Positions 42,027 through 51,269 of a DNA stretch of 64,000 nucleotides are shown here, in pieces. A program made the translations under genes and the position numbers. Numbering within the stretch: position 1 is the first letter of the stretch; each line of letters begins with the position of its first letter. The notes under the pieces were generated by a model that worked only from the letters and a program-made list of their open reading frames with translations, made no database searches and had not been told where the DNA came from. Origin of the DNA: Bdellovibrionales bacterium (GTDB taxonomy: Bacteria > Bdellovibrionota > Bdellovibrionia > Bdellovibrionales > UBA1609). The DNA is taken from NCBI GenBank assembly GCA_965205945.1, contig CBDBIB010000001.1:160001-224000 (forward strand), read 5' to 3'.

Positions 42027-42405
42027 GTTACTATTTCGGACTCTTTTACTCTTTATTAAACAGGGTTTTAGTCCATGGCCTTACAAACTTATTAGAAACT
42101 AATAAACACCAAGATACATCAACTTAAAATAAAAATCTAATTACGATTATTGTGATCTTTAAACAGTTTAACTCCTTAAAACAACTAAATGCCCTAGCTA
42201 ATTCTTTATAAAAATTTATTTTTCTTCTGTTTACTCATTCCTCTAACTCTTTATTTTAGATTCTTTAAAAGTTTTCGGTTCTTCTGCATCTTTTAATCTA
42301 TTCTTTTAACTATAAATTAAAAACAACAAAGCCAATAGAGTCAAAAAATTAGAACCTAACATGATTTTAAAAAGCCTCTATTTTTATCTAATAAAATAAC
42401 CTTTA

Positions 42406-43248
42406 TTAAATATTAGTTACAGAAGAATACACAGATCGACTGTCTAAGATTTTTTTCAACATAAACCTTTTAAATTGAGTATCATTGTCATCAATGCCAA
42501 CAACAAAACCTAAACCTTGAGTCTTCATTACCAAGCCTTTAGCCGTAAGCTTTCTCCACTGATTCTTCTTTGATCCTTTTGAATACATTAGTTCAAAATC
42601 CCCTTCAACACCACAGGCTTTAACCATATCTTGAAATTTTGGGTTTTCCTCAACCAGAGCCCTTATGGAAAAATTTTTAAATAAGAGTTCATCTTTTTGC
42701 ATAGCTACAAGGTCATCTAAGTTAACCATACCCTCTGTGAGTTTAAAAAAAACTTCCATACAAGCCTGAGCATCTTGCATTGCTCTATGATTCGGGCTAG
42801 TTAAAATCTTAAAGTATTGTGTTAAATACTTTAACCTATGAGTGATTAGCTTAGGATATTTTTGAAGAGATATTAAACTTGTACAAAAATTAAATGTTCT
42901 AAAACTATCTAACCACCAGGGTTTATCAAAATACTGATCAAACTCAACGGCCAAAAAAACCTAAGTCAAAGGGCAGATTATGCCCAAGAAGTGAGGCTTC
43001 ATCAATAAATTCTAAAATCTTAGGCAGGACTTTGTCTATACTAGGTGCTTTTTTTAAGGATTCCAGAGACAAACCATGAATGGTCTGAGCTTTTTCATCC
43101 ATTTTTTTTTGAGGACGGATTAAAGACTCAAAACGATTTAAAATGCCTGTGCGATCAAATTAATCATAGCTATTTCACAAATTTCACTACTCAAAGGGTA
43201 TTTTCCTGTTGTTTCTAAGTCTATAGCTATAAATTTATGATCTTTCAT
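42406..43248 (-). pseudogene. DEDDh 3'-5' exonuclease with C-terminal WYL-like domain, interrupted by two compensating frameshifts (or sequencing errors)
   Basis: GGAGG + ATG 43248 gives MKDHKFIAIDLETTG (ExoI); one base missing near 43161; GHNLPFDLGF (ExoII); one extra T in the T7 run at 42953-42959; HRAMQDA (ExoIII); Y..G....WRKL...KRF.LKKI. Confidence 0.8.
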
Positions 43249-43335
43249 AAAACCTCCACAATAATTACCCAAATACTACCTTTTTTAGCATGATAAATAG
43301 AATATTTAATATTTTAATTGTAGTATAAGGCTATA

Positions 43336-44914
43336 GTGAAATACATCATGCTTTTTCTTTTTTTCTTCTTAAGCGAATCCGTGCTTTCTAAAGGTTTATT
43401 TGAGCTTGGAAAACAACCTATCAATAAAAAACCTTTACATATAAAGCAGACCTTAACAAAGCTTTTAAACGACTCTTCTAATAAAAAAGGTTTTATCACT
43501 GTTGACCTAAATCTAGCAAAAAATTATAAAGCATATAACGATATTTTTAAAGTATCCTCCCCAGATAAACCTTTTTTAAAGATTTCAAAACCTAAAGTGT
43601 CTCCTCTTTTTCCTTACATAGATAAATTTAACGATAAAAAAAAGCGTCTTGTTATAAAAGATAATGCTACAATGAGATTCTCCCTCTCTTCACCAGAAGT
43701 ACTCTCAGGAACTTACAAATTTTTATTAACATATCAAGCCTGCACCAAAAATCACTGCCTACTCCCACAAGATATAGCTTTTAATGCAAACTTTCCAATT
43801 ATTAAAAACTCTACAAAAAAATCTTTAAAATTTTTCACTTAAAAATATTTTTAAAAATATCGACACTATACCTTTATGGCTGATTTTATTGGCTACTTAT
43901 CTATTTGGGTTGCTTACAGCCTTCACCCCATGTGTTTTCCCCATGGTTCCTATAACTCTGGGGATTTTAGGCTTTAGTGCCACGTCAAGCAGACTTAAAG
44001 GCTTTATAATTGGTTTTACCTATGCCCTAGGTCTTTCCCTAACTTATGCCTTAGTTGGTGTTGCAGCTGCAATGACTGGTGGCTTTGTAGGACAATCTTT
44101 AACAAATCCCTATATTGTTTGGGGGATTTTTATATTTTATATTTTTACAGCCTTTTCTATAGCTGGATTTTTTACTATCAAAGCCCCTAAGCTAATAAAG
44201 CAACACTTCACTAAAATTAAACACAAGGGCCTAATTGGAGCTTTTTTAACAGGAGCTGTGGCTGGTATTATTGCAAGCCCTTGTGTTGGGCCTGCCGTTG
44301 TAGCTGTTCTTGCCTACGTTGCTCAAACAGGAAATCCTAGTTTTGGGTTTATAACACTTTTTATGTTTGGAATGGGTCTTGGAACACTTTTTATTCTTGT
44401 TGGAATGTTTTATGGAGAAATCAACTCTCGATTAAAATCCGGGAAATGGTTAAACTATGTAAAGTACGTTTTAGCATTCTTAATCCTCTTAGGGGCTCTT
44501 CTTTTCATAAAACCTCACCTTACATTTTTTAAAAATTCTCATTCACATGGACAAAAAAAAGCCTCCAGTCTTTGGACTAACTACTCAAAAGAACTTCTTA
44601 ACAGTGCAAGAAAACAAAAAAAAGCTATTATTATTGATTTTAGAGCAGATTGGTGCGCTGCTTGTCATGAATTAGATAAGGATACTTTTTCTACAGCTGG
44701 CTTTAAAAAAGAAACCAGCAGCATTAAACTTTTAAAGTTTGATGCGACCAGGCCGAATAAAACTGAACAAAAAGAACTTGAATTCTTTAAAGTTTTTGGC
44801 TTGCCCACAATTTTATTTATTGATTCTAATGGAAAAATTAGACATGACTTAACCTTAACCGGATTTGAAAAATGGCCAGAATTTCAAAAAAGACTGCAAG
44901 CTTTAAAAAAATAA
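43336..44914 (+). pseudogene. dsbD: DsbD-type protein-disulfide reductase split by a +1 frameshift near 43815-43835 (or sequencing error)
   Basis: Upstream ORF has a signal peptide and YQACTKNHC; downstream ORF has FTPCVFPMVP, ASPCVGP and FRADWCAAC; downstream frame stays open upstream of its TTG to the A/T runs near 43830. Confidence 0.8.
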
Positions 44915-45702
44915 AAACCTATCAAAAAGCGTCTTCATACAAAAAAAATGTTGATCAAATTAGACTTAATAGATTTCTTGCTTTATGCGGAATCTCAAGT
45001 CGAAGAAAAGCTGATGAACATATTAAAGAGGGTCTTATTACTATTAATGGTAAAAAAATTTTTGAAATGGGATATAAAGTAACTCCTTTAACTGATACTG
45101 TTCTTTTTAAAGGAAAACCTGTTAAAATATTTAAAAACTACACCTACCTTGTGGCATACAAGCCAAGAAATGTTTTAACTACATTATCTGATCCTTTAAA
45201 TCGGCCTACAATTAAGGATTTTATTCCTAAAAAGTATAAAAAAAAGACTCTCTTCCCCATAGGAAGACTTGATTGGCAAAGTGAAGGGCTTTTAATTTTA
45301 ACCAATGATGGTGAATTTGCACAAAATATTCTACATCCGAATAAAAATGTTCCAAAAACTTATGAAGTAAAGGTTGAAGGAAAAGTTTTAGAAAAAGATC
45401 TTAATAAGCTAATTAAAGGCGTCACTATCCCTGGCGGTAAAGCCTACGCCATCCAAGCTAACACTATTAAAAAATCTTTAACAGGGTCACATACATGGCT
45501 TAAAATCACTGTTGTTGAAGGACGCAACCGTTTAATTAGAAAAATGATGGACAAACTAGGCTATAGTGTGATGAGGCTTCGTAGAATTTGCATTGGAAAC
45601 CTTAAAGTAGGCCATCTAAAAGCTGGTGATGTAACTGAACTTTCTATTGAGAAAAAAAACCTTGTTTTTCAAACTCCCTCGTATTTAAAAAAACTCCTCT
45701 AA
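44872..45702 (+). CDS. rRNA pseudouridine synthase, RsuA/RluB family
   Basis: S4 domain RLNRFLA.CGI.SRRKAD, PIGRLD..SEGLLILTNDG, EGRNR.IR. Confidence 0.9.
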   Translation: MARISKKTASFKKIKTYQKASSYKKNVDQIRLNRFLALCGISSRRKADEHIKEGLITINGKKIFEMGYKVTPLTDTVLFKGKPVKIFKNYTYLVAYKPRNVLTTLSDPLNRPTIKDFIPKKYKKKTLFPIGRLDWQSEGLLILTNDGEFAQNILHPNKNVPKTYEVKVEGKVLEKDLNKLIKGVTIPGGKAYAIQANTIKKSLTGSHTWLKITVVEGRNRLIRKMMDKLGYSVMRLRRICIGNLKVGHLKAGDVTELSIEKKNLVFQTPSYLKKLL

Positions 45703-45873
45703 CTGTCTTAAAATAAGAAACTAAACCTTATTCTGCAACATTCTAAACACTATTCAGGCCAATTTAGACGATTTTTTATAAATTATGGCTTAATTTAATT
45801 CAAAATCAGAAAATTCTATAGATTTTCTTTAATTCCTAAACAGCTATTTTTCATTTTTTCCGACTAACTTAAT

Positions 45874-46068
45874 ATGAATATAAAATTGTCTTTTAACATG
45901 CTTCGACCTATACTTTTTTTCCTGTGTGGCCTTGGCTACTTCCCCTTACAAAGTGCAGATCAAAGTGATAAAGAAAAGATTTCTTTAATAAAAAAAATCC
46001 AGAATAAAGAAACAAAAAAAGATCAAAAATACTTAATAAATTTAGATATTAAAAAACCTTTAAACTAA
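45874..46068 (+). CDS. Short hypothetical ORF with signal-peptide-like start, possibly a gene remnant
   Basis: Hydrophobic N-terminus, Lys-rich tail; TCCGACTA just upstream. Confidence 0.3.
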   Translation: MNIKLSFNMLRPILFFLCGLGYFPLQSADQSDKEKISLIKKIQNKETKKDQKYLINLDIKKPLN

Positions 46069-46271
46069 TCAAGTAAGCACCCTAATTATTCTTTAAAATT
46101 AGACCTTATCTAAACTCAATTAGATCCTCTAAACTGTCATAGCCATATTTATAAACTTAACCTAAAAACACACAAGGCTTTTGCGTATTTTTGTTAATAA
46201 TAAAAAAAATTATTTCCTTTAAATTCATTCATTTAAATAGATTGCTAAATTTTTAAAAACCTTTTTTAAGA

Positions 46272-46299
46272 TTGATCGGTTTTTAAAATATGCTATAAA
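46272..46299 (+). promoter_or_regulatory. Putative sigma70 promoter of the HIT gene
   Basis: TTGATC-N16-TATAAA with an extended TG. Confidence 0.45.
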
Positions 46300-46325
46300 A
46301 CTTATAACAAGTTAAGGATGATTAT

Positions 46326-46721
46326 ATGAGTTCAGTTTTTACAAAAATAATCAATGGTAAGCTTCCCTCCTATAAAGTTTATGAAGATAATAAAGTCTTA
46401 TCTTTTTTAGCTCTTGAGCAAATCAATTTAGGGCACTGTTTAATTGTTCCTAAAACTGAAATAGATCATTTTTTTGATGTGGAAAAAAAAGAGTATGAGC
46501 ATATGTTTAATATCTCTAAAAAAGTATCAAAAGCTATAAGAACAGTGACAAATTGTGTTCGTGTGGGTTTAGCTATTCAGGGATTTGAAATTCACCATAC
46601 ACATATTCATTTGATTCCTCTTTGGAAGCCTGAGGAGTTTAGTTTCACCAATCAAAAAAAACGGACCAAAGAAGAGATGCTATTAATAAAGAATAAAATT
46701 ATTACGGCCTTAGAAAAATGA
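46326..46721 (+). CDS. HIT family nucleotide hydrolase
   Basis: FTKII.G.LP, GHCLIVPK, HTHIHLIP. Confidence 0.93.
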   Translation: MSSVFTKIINGKLPSYKVYEDNKVLSFLALEQINLGHCLIVPKTEIDHFFDVEKKEYEHMFNISKKVSKAIRTVTNCVRVGLAIQGFEIHHTHIHLIPLWKPEEFSFTNQKKRTKEEMLLIKNKIITALEK

Positions 46722-47176
46722 AAAAATATTTTCTTATAATTATTTTATCACTTATAACTTCATGGGCTAAAGCAGAGTTAAACTTTTCTATTCGTATGAC
46801 ATCTGGTGTTATGAAACTAGTATCTAGTTTAGACACTCAAAAATATATAGAATCTGAAATTAATGTTGGCTATAGGCTTTCTCAAGCCTTAAACCTACAA
46901 GGGGCAGCCTTTACAAGATTTACTAATAAGAAAGAATATTGGGGCCTTCAAGTGTTGACTCCCTTAACATTAATAGTGTCTAGACATTTTTTAAGCTCAT
47001 ATTTTGCTCCAGGATATAGGTACATGAATGACAGCTACAGCTCTCCCATACTTGAAGGAGGTTTAAAATTTTATTTTCTAAAAGGGTTTGGCCTAGGTTA
47101 TAGGTTTATTTTTAATGAGTGGGTTAAAAATGGGCTTAAAACAGAAAGTCAATTTTTTATTTCCATTAGTTTGTAA
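46718..47176 (+). CDS. Hypothetical small outer-membrane beta-barrel protein
   Basis: ATGA overlap with the HIT gene, signal peptide (AKA), amphipathic strands. Confidence 0.6.
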   Translation: MKKYFLIIILSLITSWAKAELNFSIRMTSGVMKLVSSLDTQKYIESEINVGYRLSQALNLQGAAFTRFTNKKEYWGLQVLTPLTLIVSRHFLSSYFAPGYRYMNDSYSSPILEGGLKFYFLKGFGLGYRFIFNEWVKNGLKTESQFFISISL

Positions 47177-47253
47177 CGATCACTTGCAACTAAATGTGTC
47201 CTCCTTATATTCTTGTAACTAGATTAAACTTTTGATTGAATTAGGGGATTTAT

Positions 47254-47817
47254 ATGATTCAAATTATTGTTGCAACCAATAGAAAAGATTCTCGCTCAGG
47301 TTTATTGGCTAAAAATATACAGAAAAGATTTCAGAAATTAGACATAACCTCTGAAATTATGAATTTATCTAAAATTTCATGGAGTGAGCTTGAGCATAAT
47401 TTATATGGAACAGATAATGTTCCAATCTCTATGAAGCCAATGATTCAAAAGATCAATGAGGCTGATGGGCTTTATATTGTCTGCCCCGAATACAATGGAT
47501 CTTTTCCAGGCGTAATTAAAGTGTTTATAGATTACTGGGATTACCCAAAATCCTTTGAAAAAAGACCCATTTGCTTTACCGGTCTTGGTGGAATGTTTGG
47601 AGGCTTAAGACCTGTAGAGCATTTACAACAAGTGTTTGGATATAGAAATGCTTTTATTTTTCCTGAACGTGTTTTTATACAAAATATATGGGAAACTCTT
47701 TCTTTAGAAGGGGTAATTTCTAATGATTCTATGAATCAATTATTAGACCAACAGACAGATGGTTTTAGTAAATTTATTAAAGGTTTAAAACAAAATGGAC
47801 TTCACTGTAACTCTTAA
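47254..47817 (+). CDS. NADPH-dependent FMN reductase
   Basis: ATNRKDSRS, PEYNGSFPGVIK.FID, GGLRPVEHL. Confidence 0.9.
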   Translation: MIQIIVATNRKDSRSGLLAKNIQKRFQKLDITSEIMNLSKISWSELEHNLYGTDNVPISMKPMIQKINEADGLYIVCPEYNGSFPGVIKVFIDYWDYPKSFEKRPICFTGLGGMFGGLRPVEHLQQVFGYRNAFIFPERVFIQNIWETLSLEGVISNDSMNQLLDQQTDGFSKFIKGLKQNGLHCNS

Positions 47818-47833
47818 AAAAAATAGGGACTGT

Positions 47834-48646
47834 ATGAGCTTAGAAGAATTATTTGAAACAATTTGGAATCAATATTCAGATTTAAATCCACAGGCAAAAA
47901 AAATACATGACCTTTTAGGGGCCAAAGAAAAAAAAATTTTAAATGATCATGTGGCTTATAGATCTGTAAATCTTCCTGATTTTGGTATTGATAAACTAAA
48001 AAAACCTTTTCTAGATGAGGGCTATAAAGCCTGCGGCAAATACAATTTTAAAAACAAAAAATTACGCGCTATTCATTTAGAACATGAAAATAAAAACCTT
48101 CCTAAAGTTTTTATAAGTGAACTTTTATTAGAAAAGTTATCAGAAAATACACAAAAGCTTTATAAAAATATACTTAAAAACGTGGTGCTTCCTTCAGGAA
48201 AAAAAGTACTAACATGCGGAAGACTTTGGAAAATTGATTATAAATCCTACCAAGAACTTTATAAAGAAAGTGAGTATGCCGCATGGCTAGCAGCTTTTGG
48301 TTACTGCGCAAATCACTTTACAATCAATATTAATAAACTTACCAACTTTAAAAGTATTAAAGATCTTAACCAATTTTTAGAAGATTCCGGCTATATTTTA
48401 AATTCAAATGGCGGAAAAATTAAAGGGTCTAAAAATATTTATTTAGAACAATCTTCTACTATGGCTGGTAAATTTGAGGTTAAATTCACAGACTGTATTA
48501 AAAAAATTCCATCTTGTTATTATGAATTTGCAAAAAGATATAAAATGGAGTCTGGTCAATTGTATCAAGGCTTTGTCCAAGATTCTGCAGACAAAATTTT
48601 TGAAAGTACAAATAATCCTTTTAACTCTACAAAAAAATCAAAATAA
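47834..48646 (+). CDS. DUF1338-family protein (2-oxoadipate dioxygenase/decarboxylase-like)
   Basis: NDHVAYR, PKVFISEL, ESEYAAW, NHFT, LEQSST, YYEFA; ATG 47834 probable start. Confidence 0.85.
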   Translation: MSLEELFETIWNQYSDLNPQAKKIHDLLGAKEKKILNDHVAYRSVNLPDFGIDKLKKPFLDEGYKACGKYNFKNKKLRAIHLEHENKNLPKVFISELLLEKLSENTQKLYKNILKNVVLPSGKKVLTCGRLWKIDYKSYQELYKESEYAAWLAAFGYCANHFTININKLTNFKSIKDLNQFLEDSGYILNSNGGKIKGSKNIYLEQSSTMAGKFEVKFTDCIKKIPSCYYEFAKRYKMESGQLYQGFVQDSADKIFESTNNPFNSTKKSK

Positions 48647-48953
48647 TTAAAACCTATAAAACCAAGAGTAAACCCTCATAAATTTTTTTAAAAAAACCAT
48701 GCCCTGCATACATCATACATCTAAAGATGAATAGCTTTAGTTTCTAAAACCTCTAAAGATCCCATGGTCTTAAATAGCTCCTATTCCTACATAATCACCA
48801 AGAAGGTATCTCACAGCAAAGATCACTCTTAAACAAATCATAATCAAATAAAGCTATCCCTACCTCCTGACTCCCTCTTACCCACATGAAAAATTTTATT
48901 GGCGCCTTTCTCATCCCTTTCAGCCTCTTTTAGGGCTACATAGGAGCTTCTAA

Positions 48954-48979
48954 TCTGTCTACTTTTTTGGGGAAGTCCA
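48954..48979. mobile_element. Solo IS3-family terminal inverted repeat
   Basis: ctacttttttggggaagtcca matches the IS3 end at 63800-63820 (reverse complement) at 19 of 21 positions and ends in CA. Confidence 0.7.
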
Positions 48980-49073
48980 CCGTGTAAATCTTACCTACCT
49001 TCACAAAATTAATTAACATATTACTACGAATCTATTATAAGAAGAAGCAACTAAATAAACTAACAACAAGACA

Positions 49074-49575
49074 AAAGGAGTTAGACAGTGAAAAAATTAA
49101 TCAATTTAACATTGTCAATATTTTTAGGATTAAGTGTAGGTGCTTTTGCATCGGAAGATATGACTCAAGAAAAATGCAAAATACTTTTAATAAAAAGTTT
49201 TGAAGAAAATGACAGAGAATCTCTTGACTTATTTTTAAATGATAGAATTAATTGCAAAGAGTTTTTTACAGATGAAGAAATAAATGAATTCGTAGTAGCT
49301 TTAATAATCCTTTCAATTCTACTAAATAATTAAAACCTATAAAACCAAAGGAGTTAGACAGTGAAAAAATTAATCAATTTAACATTGTCAATATTTTTAG
49401 GATTAAGTGTAGGTGCTTTTGCATCGGAAGATATGACTCAAGAAAAATGCAAAATACTTTTAATAAAAAGTTTTGAAGAAAATGACAGAGAATCTCTTGA
49501 CTTATTTTTAAATGATAGAATTAATTGCAAAGAGTTTTTTACAGATGAAGAAATAAATGAATTCGTAGTAGCTTT
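49074..49575 (+). repeat. 229-bp exact direct repeat (49074-49302 and 49347-49575)
   Basis: Identical from aaaggagttagacagtg to gtagtagcttt, offset 273 bp. Confidence 0.95.
49088..49333 (+). CDS. Small secreted hypothetical protein, copy 1
   Basis: AAGGAG RBS, GTG start, signal peptide (GAFA), two Cys. Confidence 0.6.
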   Translation: MKKLINLTLSIFLGLSVGAFASEDMTQEKCKILLIKSFEENDRESLDLFLNDRINCKEFFTDEEINEFVVALIILSILLNN

Positions 49576-49657
49576 TGTGTTAATAAAGCCATTAATTACA
49601 GCTCTACAAGTACCTACAAGGGTCATACTGAAAATAAAGGACTACTATACACTTTGA
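49361..49657 (+). CDS. Small secreted hypothetical protein, copy 2
   Basis: Same RBS and first 71 aa as copy 1, with a longer distinct C-terminus. Confidence 0.7.
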   Translation: MKKLINLTLSIFLGLSVGAFASEDMTQEKCKILLIKSFEENDRESLDLFLNDRINCKEFFTDEEINEFVVAFVLIKPLITALQVPTRVILKIKDYYTL

Positions 49658-49673
49658 TTAAAGAATACACCCA

Positions 49674-50375
49674 CTAACCATTATCATTAATATAATAATT
49701 AAAGTTAAAATCTTTTTCTGGAATCAGTGCTTGCCTGATGTCTAAATACCAAAATTTTCTTTGACTATCCCATCTAAACCCTGCTTGACGAGGTTTATGT
49801 CTTTCATCATAGCTTACTTGAGCGATTACTTGAACAAGTGGAGAGCTTGCAATACTTACAATAGTTTCAAAATCGTATTGAGCCATAAGTTTAAGCGTTG
49901 TTAAAACATCAGTAATAGCCCTGTGAGGAAATGGGTTCATAAAACCATGTTCACATGCAAGGTAAGAAAGTTTTCTTGTTCCTACACTATCTGGAAAAGG
50001 AAGGTCAATTTGAGTATCAATCCATTTTTTTTCAGGCATTTTAAAACCAATAGATTTATAAGTGTGTTCTAAAAAAGGTTTATCAAAACTTGTTCCATTG
50101 TGAGCAACGATATAATCAGCAGCTTTTATAAGTTTAGAGAGCTCATCAAGACATTCGCGAAGAGGTTTTCCCCATTTACGAACCTCAGCTGCTTTTAAGC
50201 CAATTAGATTTTCGATTTCTAAAGGAATTTCTGATTTAAAATCTCCATTAAATTTTGAAAAAAGATAAATAGGTCTTTTCTCTTTAACATTCCAAAGAGC
50301 AGCTCCAAATTCCAAAATATCACATTCACTCTTATCTAATCCAGAAGTTTCTAAGTCTAAACCTAATACTAACAT
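49674..50375 (-). CDS. DEDDh 3'-5' exonuclease with DUF5710-like C-terminus
   Basis: LDLETSG, AHNGTSFD, HRAITD; VSYDER...AGFRWD..RKFWY. Confidence 0.85.
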   Translation of the reverse strand: MLVLGLDLETSGLDKSECDILEFGAALWNVKEKRPIYLFSKFNGDFKSEIPLEIENLIGLKAAEVRKWGKPLRECLDELSKLIKAADYIVAHNGTSFDKPFLEHTYKSIGFKMPEKKWIDTQIDLPFPDSVGTRKLSYLACEHGFMNPFPHRAITDVLTTLKLMAQYDFETIVSIASSPLVQVIAQVSYDERHKPRQAGFRWDSQRKFWYLDIRQALIPEKDFNFNYYINDNG

Positions 50376-50409
50376 ATGTGCCTTTGTTTAAAATACATAA
50401 AAAAACCTT

Positions 50410-50773
50410 GAGTTTTCAATAAGCCGGATTCTGTCTAAGTGGTAGGTAAATATTTTTTTTACCACTTAGTGACGATCATTCCTCTAGGGTTTGGATTACT
50501 CCAGACCTCAAGCAACCTACCCGAAAGCTTCATGCGAGCAGCACTCAAACGCTTTCCTATTTAGTTTTGCTTCGTGCAGAAGTTTAGCTGTTTTCACTCC
50601 GCTCAACTCCTCAGGCGCCTCTCTTTCTTAGCATCCTGGATCATAGCCGCGGATATTCTCTCTGTTCCACTAGTCCTCACCTTACGATGGAAGGGCATTA
50701 CCCTTTACACTGCTCTACGAAGTCCGGACTTTCCTCCCACACTCTAAGGTGTCGACGATCATCTTTAAAACTC
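50410..50773 (-). ncRNA. rnpB: RNase P RNA (probably type A)
   Basis: Minus strand GAGGAAAGTCCGGACT near the 5' end and ACAGAATCCGGCTTA near the 3' end; P1 pairing GAGTTTT/AAAACTC; extended -10 TGaTATTAT upstream. Confidence 0.95.
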
Positions 50774-51269
50774 AGCAAGCATAATATCATTAAAAAATAA
50801 GACTGTCTCTACTTTGTAAAGCTTTTTTTAAAGTAATCATCTTAGATTTATTTAAGAAATCATTACTTTAAAGCCATCACCTTACCCCTTAAAATCTTTC
50901 ACCCTTCTTTACTTTAAAGATTAAAATCGATATTTTATATATTAAACTGTAAATTAAAAAATTTTAAAATTTGACAAAGCGCTTTAATTTTGAGCTTTTT
51001 AAGAAGAATATTCAAAAATGTTCATTCTACTAAGACCATAAATAAAAAAATTATCTTCACCATTACCTTAAGCAGGATTTTTAATAACGATATTCTAATA
51101 GCCTTTAAGTTATTAAAGCAAGAATAGCTTTTCTTCCTTGTTCTAAAAAATAAATTATTTTATTTTAAAGAATAAAAATCTGGTAAAAGTTTATAGCATT
51201 TAATTTCATATATAGTTGCTATAATTTTATCAATAAATAGCTTTAATATGTAAACCTCTCATCGAAATA

